Source: an uncultured delta proteobacterium
Lineage (GTDB): Bacteria > Desulfobacterota > BSN033 > UBA1163
Reading direction: 5' to 3'
Length of the DNA stretch: 64,000 nt
NCBI GenBank assembly: GCA_963708295.1
Contig: CAVPSJ010000012.1
Span: 160,001-224,000 of the forward strand
Part shown: one piece after another, positions 28,158-38,974 of the stretch
Numbering within the stretch: position 1 is the first letter of the stretch
How the letters are laid out: each line of letters opens with the position of its first letter
Program-made: the position numbers and the translations under genes
Notes under the pieces: generated by a model
Databases searched by the model: none
Seen by the model: the letters and a program-made list of their open reading frames with translations, nothing else
Told to the model about the DNA's origin: nothing

Positions 28158-29528
28158 CTATCGGGTGCCGCGTTTAACCAATCTGGCTGCAAAAAATCCG
28201 TCCATCTCATGACCGGGAGGAAAGGTCTTGAAATATCCATTCCGGATAAAAACGTGGAATTTCTCCGGAAGGACCTGATCCATTCGATCCAGTTGAAATT
28301 CCGAATGCTCGTTTAAAAACTTCTCCACCACATCCTCATTTTCCTCGTGGAAAACCGTACAGGTGCTGTAGACCAGGACGCCTCCCTCTTTCACATAGGG
28401 TGCAACATTCCCCAATATGGAAAGTTGAAGCTCACTTAGCCGCTTGAAATCTTTTTCCCCTCTTCTCCACTTCAAATCAGGATTCTTGCGAATCGTCCCA
28501 AACCCCGAACAGGGAACATCCACCAGGACGCGATCGAAGAATAACCGCCCCGGGATAGGGAGAGAGGCCGCCGCACTTCCCTTGATCGTTTTAACGATCT
28601 TGACTCCCAGCCGTTGACACATCTCTTCAATCAAATCCAATTTCTCCCTGCCGACATCCACAGCATAGACTTCTCCCCGATTCTCCATGGCCTGAGCCAT
28701 ATGGGTGGTCTTCCCGCCTGGAGCCGCACAGGCATCGAGGATTCGTTCTCCCGGCTTCGGGTCCACAACGGAAGTGATCAATTGAGAGGCCTCATCCTGA
28801 ATGATATAGAAACCTTCTTTAAGGAATGGAAGCTCTGAGGTGGGTGGGGGATCCTGGAGCAAAATCCCCTCTTCTGAAAAATTGGATGGAAGGGGTTTCA
28901 ACGCCTTTTCCCGGAGCTTATCCATAAGGTCTCCCCGGTTTATCTTCAGGGTGTTGGTCCGAAGCGCCAAGGGGGAAATCTGATTATTAACCTTGCAGAT
29001 CCGGAGGGTTTCTTCCGCCCCCAGCTCTTTTACCCATCTCTGAACCAGCCAGAGAGGATGGGATTGGACGACGGAGATATGGAGTGCCGGATCCTGGTCC
29101 CTTTCCGGATAGAGGATTTCATCTTTTTCCCGGATGGATGAGCGAAGCACGGCGTTGACAAAACCCGCTCCGCCTTTTCCCCGGAACCGTTTCTCCAGCT
29201 CGACCGACTCGTTGACCGCGGCCGAGGAGGGGGTCCTGGTCAAAAAAAGGATTTGGTAGAGTCCAAGGCGCAGGATATTGAGAGTTCCGGGCTCGATTTT
29301 TTCAAATGGGATTTTCGAAAAATGGCGGATCACCCAATCAAGTTTTCCTCTCCAGCGGATGACTCCGTAAGTCAACTCTGTGAGAAAGGCTCGATCGAGG
29401 GAGGTAAAATATCGGTAACGTTTGAAGGAATCCGTCAGAAGACGATCGGTATGGGCATTGGCCCCCCCCACCCGATTTAGGATGTCGAGGCAGATTGCCC
29501 TCGGAGATTTTTTCGAAGCTCCCCTCAT
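28158..29528 (-). CDS. rsmB: 16S rRNA m5C967 methyltransferase
   Basis: NusB-like N-domain, IQDEASQ, DACAAPGGKT, DVPCSGFG, YSTCT. Confidence 0.95.
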   Translation of the reverse strand: MRGASKKSPRAICLDILNRVGGANAHTDRLLTDSFKRYRYFTSLDRAFLTELTYGVIRWRGKLDWVIRHFSKIPFEKIEPGTLNILRLGLYQILFLTRTPSSAAVNESVELEKRFRGKGGAGFVNAVLRSSIREKDEILYPERDQDPALHISVVQSHPLWLVQRWVKELGAEETLRICKVNNQISPLALRTNTLKINRGDLMDKLREKALKPLPSNFSEEGILLQDPPPTSELPFLKEGFYIIQDEASQLITSVVDPKPGERILDACAAPGGKTTHMAQAMENRGEVYAVDVGREKLDLIEEMCQRLGVKIVKTIKGSAAASLPIPGRLFFDRVLVDVPCSGFGTIRKNPDLKWRRGEKDFKRLSELQLSILGNVAPYVKEGGVLVYSTCTVFHEENEDVVEKFLNEHSEFQLDRMDQVLPEKFHVFIRNGYFKTFPPGHEMDGFFAARLVKRGTR

Positions 29529-29610
29529 GTCGGGGCTTCCCGGGAATGAAATGCCATTCAGAGTATGCCCTTAGCCCGTCGGAAAGATTGGGCTGCGGGG
29601 CGCTTGCCGG

Positions 29611-30471
29611 TCAAAACTTTCCTGTCCTCGCCATCTCTTCGAGCCTGGCGATACGTTCTTCCATCGGCGGGTGGGTGCTGAAGAGGGAAAGGACCCCTCC
29701 CCCCCTTAACGGATTGACGATGAACATGTGAGCGGTGGAAGGATTGGCCTGCATGGGAATCTTCTGGGAGGCTATTTCCAGCTTTCCCAAGGCTTTCGCT
29801 AATGAAAGGGGATGAGCGAGATGGGCTCCACCCTCATCCGCCATGTACTCCCGGGAGCGGGAAATCGCCATCTGAATGAGCATCGCCGCAACGGAAGCAA
29901 CGATCGAAACGAGGAGCACGACGAGAATATTTCCTCCCCCGCCGCCCTCTTCATCATCGGAGCGGCCTCCTCCGAAGATCGCTCCCCAGCGGGCCATCGA
30001 CGCAAGCATGCCGATCGCGCCAGCCATCGTGGCGGCAATCGTGCTGATGAGGATATCGCGGTGCTGAATATGGGAAAGCTCATGACCGATGACTCCCATC
30101 AGTTCTTCTTTTGACAGAATTCTCATAATCCCCGATGTGACGGCGACGGCCGCATGTTCCGGATTTCTTCCCGTTGCAAAAGCATTCGGTGTCTCATTTT
30201 CCATGATATAGACCTTCGGCATCGGAAGGCTGGCCTTGCTCGTCAGTTCCGCGACGATCCCGTAAAGCTCGGGGGCCTCGCCTTGCGTGACTTCCTTTGC
30301 GCCGTACATACGGAGGACCATTTTGTCACTAAACCAGTACATGACGAAATTCATCAGGCCTGCAAAGACAAAGGCATAGATCGCCCCGTTTTTTCCCCCG
30401 ATGGCCGTCCCCACCAGAATAAAAATACCCGTTAAAACCAGCATCAAAATGAACGTCTTAAATTGATTCAT
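29611..30471 (-). CDS. htpX: Zinc metalloprotease HtpX
   Basis: [30 protein letters not shown]. Confidence 0.96.
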   Translation of the reverse strand: MNQFKTFILMLVLTGIFILVGTAIGGKNGAIYAFVFAGLMNFVMYWFSDKMVLRMYGAKEVTQGEAPELYGIVAELTSKASLPMPKVYIMENETPNAFATGRNPEHAAVAVTSGIMRILSKEELMGVIGHELSHIQHRDILISTIAATMAGAIGMLASMARWGAIFGGGRSDDEEGGGGGNILVVLLVSIVASVAAMLIQMAISRSREYMADEGGAHLAHPLSLAKALGKLEIASQKIPMQANPSTAHMFIVNPLRGGGVLSLFSTHPPMEERIARLEEMARTGKF

Positions 30472-30671
30472 TTAGAATTTACCCTCCTTTTACAAAAGCC
30501 AGTATAATCATTCATCCTTTTTTTGTCAATTCCTGGACATCCCCGGCGCAAAAGTGGGGCTTGCTCAGACTCAGTCCCGAGCAGTGCATTGCGCCTGCAC
30601 CGCGCCCTCTCTTACCTTTTGAAATTTGACATTTATTTGAACTTTGAACTTTGATATTTGCCATTTCTCTT

Positions 30672-31616
30672 TTATACGAAGACCGTCCCGACAGAAATAG
30701 AATGTCCGGAAAGAAATTCCCGGATGGTCATTTTCCTCTTCCCCTCCAGTTGAATTTCCTCGATCAGGTAGGAATCCTTCCCGGTCTCCACCTGGATGAA
30801 ATCCGACCCGATCCAGACCACTTCTCCCGGTTTTCCCGAAGGCACCCTTTCCCTTATCCTTCCTCCAAGAACTTTCAGAAGCCGGTCCCCCCATTTCGTA
30901 AAGGCTCCCGGCCATGGATGGAGCGCACGGATCTGCCGGTCGATCTCTGCGGCCCCCTTCTCCCAATGGATGCGTCCGTCTTCTTTTTTCAGAGGAGGAG
31001 CATAGGTCGCTTTCGAGTGATCCTGCGGAACGGGTCGTATCTCTCCTGCCTTCATTTTCTCAACGGTTCTTGCTAACAGTTGAGCTCCCAGAGCGGCTAA
31101 CCGATCGTGCAGTGTCTCGCAGGTCACTTCGTTGCCGATGGGAACCTCCGCTTGCAAGAGGATGCTCCCCGTGTCCATCCCTTCGTCCATGGCCATCGTC
31201 GTCACGCCCGTCACTTTTTCTCCTTCCAGGATGGCCCGGGCAATGGGTGCGGCTCCCCGATACCCCGGAAGTAAGGAGGCGTGGACATTGACGGCTCCGT
31301 ATTTTGGAATGTTCAAAACGGACTTTGGTAAAATCTGACCGTAGGCGACGACCACGAAGAGGTCGGGTTGAACACCCTTCACCGTCTCCTGAAAAGCTTC
31401 TTCTTTCACTTTCTCTGGCTGAAGAACGGGAAGGCCGTGCTGGAGGGCAAGCTCTTTTATGGGAGAAATAACCATTTTTCTCCCCCTTCCCTTTTCCCTG
31501 TCCGGCTGAGTGACGACACCCACCACTTCATCAGGTCCCTCCAAAAGGCCCCTCAGGGTGGCGAGTGCAAAGGATGGGGTCCCAAAGAAAACGATCCGCC
31601 AGGGCGGTGCGCTCAA
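30672..31616 (-). CDS. fmt: Methionyl-tRNA formyltransferase
   Basis: FFGTPSFA, VTQPD, NVHASLLP.YRGAAPI. Confidence 0.97.
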   Translation of the reverse strand: MSAPPWRIVFFGTPSFALATLRGLLEGPDEVVGVVTQPDREKGRGRKMVISPIKELALQHGLPVLQPEKVKEEAFQETVKGVQPDLFVVVAYGQILPKSVLNIPKYGAVNVHASLLPGYRGAAPIARAILEGEKVTGVTTMAMDEGMDTGSILLQAEVPIGNEVTCETLHDRLAALGAQLLARTVEKMKAGEIRPVPQDHSKATYAPPLKKEDGRIHWEKGAAEIDRQIRALHPWPGAFTKWGDRLLKVLGGRIRERVPSGKPGEVVWIGSDFIQVETGKDSYLIEEIQLEGKRKMTIREFLSGHSISVGTVFV

Positions 31617-32128
31617 GGTTTTTCTTCCTTACGCTTCTCTTTCTTTAACTTATTCCGATAAATTTCTCTTTTCAGCTGGCTCACTCTGTCCAGGATAAGA
31701 ATCCCATTGATATGGTCAATTTCGTGCTGGAGGGCAATGGCGAATATCCCGTCTCCGTTGATTTCCACTTCCATCCCTTCCGGAGACAGCCCCTTCACAC
31801 AGACTTTTTCTTTCCTCTTTATTTTTTCCAGATAATCCGGGACGCTCAGACATCCTTCTTCATGGTCCACCTCGCCTTCTTCGGAGATGATCTCGGGGTT
31901 GATCAAGGCGAGGAAGGTGTGCTGGGGATCCAACGGGCTGACGTCGAGAACGATCACTTTCCGGGAGACCCCGACCTGACAGGCAGCCAAGCCCACACCG
32001 CTGGCCCCGTACATGGTCTCTCTCATGTCATCGATCAATTTTCTCACTTCTTCGTCGATCTCACCGACCGGCTCGCACTTTTTCTTCAATACCGGATGAG
32101 GATATTTGACGATTTCCAGAATAGCCAT
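31613..32128 (-). CDS. def: Peptide deformylase
   Basis: GVGLAACQVG, EGCLSVP, QHEIDH. Confidence 0.97.
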   Translation of the reverse strand: MAILEIVKYPHPVLKKKCEPVGEIDEEVRKLIDDMRETMYGASGVGLAACQVGVSRKVIVLDVSPLDPQHTFLALINPEIISEEGEVDHEEGCLSVPDYLEKIKRKEKVCVKGLSPEGMEVEINGDGIFAIALQHEIDHINGILILDRVSQLKREIYRNKLKKEKRKEEKP

Positions 32129-32132
32129 CTTT

Positions 32133-32903
32133 CTATCTCGGGCTCCTCTCCTTCATACAAGATAACATAAATAGGGAGAAAATGGCCAACAGGATGCCGA
32201 TCGCTTGAGAGGTGGAAAGGAGATCTGTGAAGAGAAACCCCCTCGGGTCGCCTCTAAAGATTTCAACGAAAAAGCGCAGGATCGAGTAGAGAAAGAGAAA
32301 GAGCCAGAAGATCTGCCCGTCGAAAGACTTTCTCTTTTCCATCCAGCTCAAAAAGAAAAAGAGGACGAATCCGTTCACCGCCTCGTAGAGCTGGGTGGGA
32401 TGAAGGGGGACATTCAACCGGGCCAATGAGTCCGGATTCCTGAAGACGACCGCCCACGGCAGGGAAGTCTCTTTCCCGTAGCAGCATCCGGCCAGAAAGC
32501 AGCCAATCCTGCCGGAAGAGAGGCCCAGGGCAATCAGAGGGGAAATCAGATCAGCCAATCTCCAAACAGGCAACCGGTGCCGCTTCATAACCCCGAAGGC
32601 AACTCCGGCCGCCGCGATCAGCCCGCCATAAAAGACCAACCCGCCTTCCCATAGCTTGAAGACCTGCAAAGGATCCCGGCGAAAGACGTCCAAATGGAGT
32701 AAGACATACAGGATTCTTGACCCGAGGAAGCCGGACAGGACCGTGTAGAACAAGAGATCGGCTGCGTTTTCAAAAGAAAGCTTGATGTCTGATTTTCGAA
32801 CTTTTGAGACGGCGAGAAGGGCCGCCATGACAAGGCCCACAGCGATGAAGAACCCGTAAGCATAAATGCGGAACCGGCCGAATTGAAACAGGATGGGAGA
32901 CAT
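32133..32903 (-). CDS. lgt: Prolipoprotein diacylglyceryl transferase
   Basis: WEGGLVFYGG, GRIGCFLAGCCYG, HPTQLYE. Confidence 0.96.
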   Translation of the reverse strand: MSPILFQFGRFRIYAYGFFIAVGLVMAALLAVSKVRKSDIKLSFENAADLLFYTVLSGFLGSRILYVLLHLDVFRRDPLQVFKLWEGGLVFYGGLIAAAGVAFGVMKRHRLPVWRLADLISPLIALGLSSGRIGCFLAGCCYGKETSLPWAVVFRNPDSLARLNVPLHPTQLYEAVNGFVLFFFLSWMEKRKSFDGQIFWLFLFLYSILRFFVEIFRGDPRGFLFTDLLSTSQAIGILLAIFSLFMLSCMKERSPR

Positions 32904-32983
32904 ACTTATTTCAAATCTCGAATTTCAGATTTCAGATTGAATTGAAGTCTTCAATTTGCGATTTGCAATTTGAATTTGAACTT

Positions 32984-33474
32984 TCATTTGGCGCTTTTCT
33001 TCCGATCTCCTTTCAACAATTCCAGGGCCATCAATCCGATCCCGATGCAGATGGCCGAATCTGCAACATTGAAAGCGGGCCAATGGTAGGTAGAGAGATG
33101 GAAGTCGAGGAAATCGACCACTTCTCCGTATCGAAGGCGGTCGATGAGGTTTCCCGCGGCTCCGCTCAGAATGAGAGAAAATGAGAGGCCGAGGGTCTTC
33201 TCATTCTCTTTGACTCTAAGAAAGAGAAAGATAATGGCTCCGATGGCAACCAGGGACACAACCACAAAGAGGATCGAGCCGAGTCCCCCCTTTTCCCCCC
33301 GAAAATCCCAAAAGCGCCTCCTGTGTTCCGGACATGGGTGAGATTGAAAAACCCCTGGATCACTTCCACCCTCTGGTAGAGAGGTAGTTTCTGTACCACC
33401 AGGGACTTGGTCCACTGGTCCAGCAAGAGAACCCCGATACAGAAAACCAAAAGGACCCAGTATTTTCGTTTCAT
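32984..33474 (-). CDS. lspA: Lipoprotein signal peptidase (apparent frameshift in G-run near 33295)
   Basis: LDQWTK, NTGGAFG in one frame; GNLIDRL, VVDFLD, AFNVADS in the other. Confidence 0.92.
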
Positions 33475-33535
33475 ACGTGACCTGTTACTAATAGGGCCAT
33501 AATTGAGAAGACAGAATTATACTGCTCCGGCAGAT

Positions 33536-33652
33536 CCCCATCCCCTTCCTAACCTCCCCCTTGAAGGGGGAGGAGAACAGCAACTTCCTTTCTGCGAGGA
33601 GCAACATAGTAATTTCCCTCCCTTTCAGGGGAGGGAAAGGGTGGGGGTGGGA
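33536..33652. repeat. Pair of G/C-rich palindromic REP-like repeats downstream of ileS
   Basis: CCTCCCCCTTGAAGGGGGAGG and CCCTCCCTTTCAGGGGAGGGAAAGGGTGGGGGTG; related copies at 35812, ~41966 and ~44655. Confidence 0.7.
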
Positions 33653-33698
33653 ACTTTTTAATTTTCGCTATGCGCTCTGCGCCTTGCTCTCTGCGATT

Positions 33699-36510
33699 TC
33701 ACCCCTGGATCGCCTCGATGCACCTGTGGCAGATGGTTCCATGCTCCTGATGAGTCCCGACGGTGACTTCATAGTTCCAGCATCTCTCACACTTCTTCCC
33801 CTCTGCCGGAGATACTTCCACCCGCACCTCTTTTTCATCTTTGGCGAGATGAAGGATGACGGAGGAAACAATAAAGACGAACTTCAGGTCCTTCTCGTAA
33901 CATTCAAGAAAAGGATAGATCTTCTCGGGAACATAGAGATGAACCTGCGCATCCAAGGACAGTCCGATGATCTTCTCTTTACGTGCTTCTTCCAGGACTT
34001 TGGTCACCAGGGTTCGGATCTCCCACAGCCTCTCCCAGCGTTCGTTCAGGGCGTCGTCCAGATACTCGCTTTTCACTTCAGGGAACAGCGCCAGATGAAC
34101 ACTTTCTGACTTTCCGCGCTCTTCCGGAAGGAGTTGCCAGACCTCCTCTGACGTGAAAGAGAGAATAGGAGCCATGAGGCACGTCAACGCTTTTAAAATC
34201 TCGTAGAGCGCGGTCTGAGCCGACTTCCGGGCTTGAGAACCGGACGAAGAGGTATAAAGCCGGTCCTTCAAAATATCAAAATAAAGGGCGCTCATCTCCG
34301 CCGCGCAGAAATTCTGAACGGCGTGGTAGACCGTGTGGAATTCGAAACGCTCATAAGCCTCTCGGACCCTGCCCGTGAGCTTCTGGAGCTGGTGGAGCGC
34401 CCATCGGTCCAACTCATGGAGTTCGCCATAGGGAACCCGGTCTTTTTCGGGATGGAAGTCGTACAGATTTCCTAAAAGAAACCGAAAGGTGTTTCGGATT
34501 CGGAAGTAGCTGTCGGCTAAACGTTTCAGGATCTCGTTGGAGATCTTGATGTCATCTCTGTAATCCTCTGCCGCGACCCAGAGCCTCAATACATCGGCCC
34601 CCAATCGATCGATGATTTCGTCGGGAGCAACCACATTTCCCGCCGACTTGGACATCTTCTTGCCCTCTCCATCCACGACAAATCCGTGGGTCAGGACGGT
34701 ACGATAAGGGGCACACCCTCTTGTCCCGACGGAAGTCAAAAGGGAACTGTGGAACCATCCCCGGTGCTGATCGCTTCCTTCCAGGTAGAGACTCGCCGGA
34801 AACTCAAGCTCGCTCCGTTTCTCCAGGACGGCTGCATAGGAGACCCCCGAGTCAAACCAGACATCCAGAATATCCGTCTCCTTCGTAAATTCCTTTCCGC
34901 CGCACTGAGGGCAGCGGGTCCCCTTGGGCAGCAGGTGATCCGTCCCTTCTTCAAACCAGATGTCCGCTCCCTTCTCCTCAAAAAGACGGGCGACATGTTC
35001 GATGGTTTCCTGGTTGACCAGAGGTTGTTTGCAGCCCGCACAGTAAAAGACGGTGATCGGAATCCCCCAGGCCCTCTGTCTGGAGACGCACCAATCCGGC
35101 CGGTTTTCAACCATCCCGTAGATTCGATCCTTTCCCCAGGGAGGGATCCAGCTCACTTCATTGATGGCCTTCAAGGCATCCCGTCTCAACCCCATTCTTT
35201 TCCATCGAGATGAACCATTGCTCCGTCGCCCGAAAGATGATCGGGTCGTTGGTACGCCAGCAATGCGGATAAGAGTGGACCATCATCTCCTCTTTGAGGA
35301 GCGCTCCCACCTCCGCCAGCTTTTTGTTGACGGCACCGTTGGCGTCAAAAACAAACTGCCCGGCGAAGAAAGGAACATCCTGGGTAAACCGGCCATCATC
35401 ATCGACCGGACTGTAGATCTCCAAGCCATATTGCACCCCGCTTTCATAATCCTCTTGACCGTGGCCGGGCGCCGTGTGCACACACCCCGTCCCCGCATCC
35501 AAGGTCACATAGGGGGCGAGGATGATCAGCGAATCCCGGTCGAGGAAGGGATGCCGGGCTTTGAGTCCTTCCAGTTTTTTTCCTGCAAATTTCTCCACCA
35601 CTTCATATTTCTTGATTCCGAATTTCCTCATGTCCTCTTCTAAAAGGCCCTCTGCCAGGATATAGATCTCTCCGCCCACATCCACGGCTACGTAAGTAAA
35701 ATCGGGATGCAGCGCAATCGCCAGGTTGGCCGGGATCGTCCAGGGCGTGGTCGTCCAGATGATGACGTAAACAGGCTTTCCCCCGAGGCTTGGGAACAAA
35801 TCCCCGATGTCCCCCCCACCCTTTCCCTCCCCCTCAAGGGGGGAGGGGCGGGAGGGGGTGGAGATCATTTTGAATTTCACATAGATGGAGGGGGAACGAT
35901 GGTCCTCGTATTTTACCTCCGCCTCGGCCAATGCGGTCTTGCAGGTAGGGCACCAGTGGACCGGCTTCTTTCCCTTGTAAACGGAGCCGTTTAGAAGAAA
36001 CTTTCCGAACTCTCTGACGATCGTCGCCTGGTATTCAAAATTCATGGTCAAATAGGGATTTTCCCATTCGCCAAAGATTCCCAGGCGTTTAAACTCCTCC
36101 CTCTGAATCCCCACAAATCTGGCCGCGTACTCCCGGCACCGCTTCCGAATGTCAACGACGGACAGTTCTTTTTTCTTCGAACCGAGACTCTTTTCCACCT
36201 CGTGTTCAACAGGCAAGCCATGACAGTCCCATCCTGGAACATAATGGCTATCCAACCCTGCCATAGACTTCGATTTCAAGATGAAGTCTTTCAGGATTTT
36301 ATTCAAGGCCGTGCCGATGTGAATGTTTCCGTTGGCGTAGGGAGGACCGTCGTGAAGGATATATTTCGGCCTTCCTTTCACCTGCTGGCTCAATCGGGGG
36401 TAAGTCCCCTTCGCCTCCCATGCTTTCAGCATATCCGGCTCCCTCTTAGCCAAATTGGCCTTCATGGGAAAGTCGGTCTTCGGAAGATTCAATGTCTTAC
36501 GGTAATCCAT
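33699..36510 (-). CDS. ileS: Isoleucyl-tRNA synthetase (apparent frameshift near 35190)
   Basis: [54 protein letters not shown]. Confidence 0.96.
35812..35859. repeat. 48-bp palindromic repeat inserted in frame in ileS
   Basis: Encodes [16 protein letters not shown]; DNA matches the intergenic repeat family at 33536-33652. Confidence 0.7.
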
Positions 36511-36718
36511 TACCTTTCCTTCCTGCTCAAAATCTCACCTGAGCCGAGCCACTTTCTCGTCAGCCTCAAAAGCCGAAGCTTCGAGTGATGGTGAAGGGGG
36601 CACTTTTTATTCAAAAATGTCCCTTCATTGAATAAAGATTGGAAATCCATTATTTTTAAAGTTATTAAAATAACATAAAAACACTGAGTTATCAATCCTT
36701 TGATGACACGGAGGGCAG

Positions 36719-37192
36719 ATGAAGCAGAAGTCCAAGAAAGGGGAAGTCACCCGCCGGGGGAGGAGAAGGGGTTCCGAGAATGCCCGGAGATCCATTCTTG
36801 AAGGGGTACGCAAAGATTCCTCGTCGCTGTCCCGGGCGTACCGGCTGACCCGAATAGCCTCTCGAGCGGGTTTCGACTGGCCGAATATCGAAGGGGTGTT
36901 GAAAAAATTGGATGAAGAGATGGGGGAGTTCAGGGAAGCCCTTGCTCTTCAAGACAGGGAAAAGATTCGTGAAGAAATCGGGGACCTCTTTTTTGTATTG
37001 GCGAACGTTTCGCGGCTTCTCCGCCTCCATCCGGAGGAGGCCTTGAAAAAAACGTTGAACAAATTTGTATCTCGATTCCATTACATCGAGGCATCGCTTC
37101 ACCGGAAAGGAAAATCTCTCCGTCAGTCCGACCTGGCCGAAATGGAACAATTATGGGAGGAATCAAAAAAGAAGAAAATCAAATGGGATTGA
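36719..37192 (+). CDS. MazG-family nucleotide pyrophosphohydrolase (C-terminal domain only)
   Basis: ASRAGFDW, KLDEEMGEF, EEIGDLFFVLAN, KFVSRF.YIE, MEQLWE. Confidence 0.85.
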   Translation: MKQKSKKGEVTRRGRRRGSENARRSILEGVRKDSSSLSRAYRLTRIASRAGFDWPNIEGVLKKLDEEMGEFREALALQDREKIREEIGDLFFVLANVSRLLRLHPEEALKKTLNKFVSRFHYIEASLHRKGKSLRQSDLAEMEQLWEESKKKKIKWD

Positions 37193-37276
37193 AGGAATCA
37201 GGAATTAAGGAATTGAAAGGAGATTAAACCCAATTCACTACAGAGCTTCTAAATTCCTGAATTGCATAATTGATTT

Positions 37277-37516
37277 TAGTAAGGTGTTGAAAAAATCATT
37301 CTTTGCGGGACGCTCAAAAATGCCCGGATGCGAGGCGCCCGCGAGCCTTTCACCTGCCGGTCAGGCAGGCAATCCTGAGAGTGGCGTCGCGACGAATAAG
37401 GAGCGACATCTTGCCACGCCGACGAGTTGGTGAGTCGGCCGGAGGCGTACTCAGATGTACGCCGCAACGACGAAGGATGAGGGGAACGAAGTAGATGGGC
37501 TTTTTTCAGCGTCCCG
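37277..37516. mobile_element. MITE-like repeat (same family as 48746-48994 and remnant 6115-6158)
   Basis: Shared GCTCAAAAATGCCCGGATGC, GACGAATAAGGAGC, GAAGGATGAGGGG, AGATGGGC..TTTCAGC blocks. Confidence 0.65.
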
Positions 37517-38959
37517 TCAGATGAAAAATTCGGAAGTGTTGATATTATAGTCATTCGGATCGAGGGTTTTGACGATGGTCCTCTTGAATTCTCCGGACAC
37601 CTCATCCCTCTCTGCCAAGTCCACCCCCTTCTCTTTCCGATATTCTCCGTCGCTATAATAAATCACGCAGACCCTGGGACGGCCGATCAGTTCCGGATCC
37701 TCCTGGGCTTGGGTAACGATCCCCATCTCGTTGGTATTGAGTAGCACCAACGTCCCCAGCGGAAAGATCCCGATCATGTGAATGAAGACTTTGGTGATTG
37801 CAGGGTCGATGTCTTTTCCGCTTCGTTCCAGCATCCGACCCACGACTTTCTCGGAGACATAAGGAAATCGATGATCGGCTCTCGGCCTCACCAGGGCATC
37901 GTAGAAATCGGCTACGGCAATGATCCTGCCAAAAAGAGAAATCTTTTTCTTTTGGGTGAGCCTCGGGTATCCGGTCAAATCGTACCCAAGATGGTGCTCA
38001 AAAGCCCCTTCCATCATCCGCGCGGAAGGTTCCCCCCATTCGTTCATCCTCATCAGGATCTCCGTCCCGAGGACGGGGTGGGCTCGCAGAATGAAAGATT
38101 CTCCGGGGGACAACTTTTCCGTTTTGTTAAGGATCTCCTCCGGGATCTTCGTCTTGCCCACATCGTGGAATAAACCGGCCATGCCCAGATAGGAAAGGTA
38201 TTTTTTGGAAATCCCGATCCTCTGGCCCAAGGCAACGGCGTAAATCGCCACATTCACAGAATGGTTGAAGGTGTATTCATCGTAATTTTTTATATTGGCC
38301 AGCCCTAACAACGTGGCGTCGTCCTTCAGAACGGCGTTCACCGCGTTCTGCATGAGACGCCTGGCTTTTCGGAAAGGAACGGATGTTCCTTGATGAATAC
38401 TCTTCGCTACCTCCCTGACGAAGCCCACGCACCTGAAATAGACTTCTTTCGAATACTTCTTCTCACCTTCAGAATTGCCATCCTCATCTTCCAACAACTC
38501 CAATTTTCCCACTTCGATGGTTTCAATCTTTCGCTCTTCTAATTGCCTTTCGAGCGAAAGGTAATTGTCCTCGTTATTCTCCTCCAGACCGGATAGGAAA
38601 TAGATCAGATCTTTGAGATGTTCTACGTCTACTGCCCCTGAAAACTCTATTCCCCCGATCCTCCGCTTTCTCATCTCCCGCCTTAACGCTTTAAAGAGGA
38701 GATAGTTGTCGGCGGTCGCGATGACCCGGGTTTGATTGAAGAAGAAATGATCCCCACCGATTCTCAGCAAAAGATTCCCCTCCCCCTGGAGGATGCCGTT
38801 GATCACCTGAAGGCATTCCCGGGTGAGGCGATTCATGACGACACTCTCCCGGGCATAAAGGGCCGCCCCCCTGAAGAGTCGGTAGAAGGCTGTCACGAAT
38901 TCCGTCCCCGATTTCATCGGAAGAGGCTCCTGGACAAGGATGGGCTTTTCATCTGGCAT
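37517..38959 (-). CDS. HD-GYP domain phosphodiesterase
   Basis: YTFNHSVNV, HDVGK, HHLGYDLTGYP, ADFYDAL. Confidence 0.92.
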   Translation of the reverse strand: MPDEKPILVQEPLPMKSGTEFVTAFYRLFRGAALYARESVVMNRLTRECLQVINGILQGEGNLLLRIGGDHFFFNQTRVIATADNYLLFKALRREMRKRRIGGIEFSGAVDVEHLKDLIYFLSGLEENNEDNYLSLERQLEERKIETIEVGKLELLEDEDGNSEGEKKYSKEVYFRCVGFVREVAKSIHQGTSVPFRKARRLMQNAVNAVLKDDATLLGLANIKNYDEYTFNHSVNVAIYAVALGQRIGISKKYLSYLGMAGLFHDVGKTKIPEEILNKTEKLSPGESFILRAHPVLGTEILMRMNEWGEPSARMMEGAFEHHLGYDLTGYPRLTQKKKISLFGRIIAVADFYDALVRPRADHRFPYVSEKVVGRMLERSGKDIDPAITKVFIHMIGIFPLGTLVLLNTNEMGIVTQAQEDPELIGRPRVCVIYYSDGEYRKEKGVDLAERDEVSGEFKRTIVKTLDPNDYNINTSEFFI

Positions 38960-38974
38960 CGGAATATCGACTCC

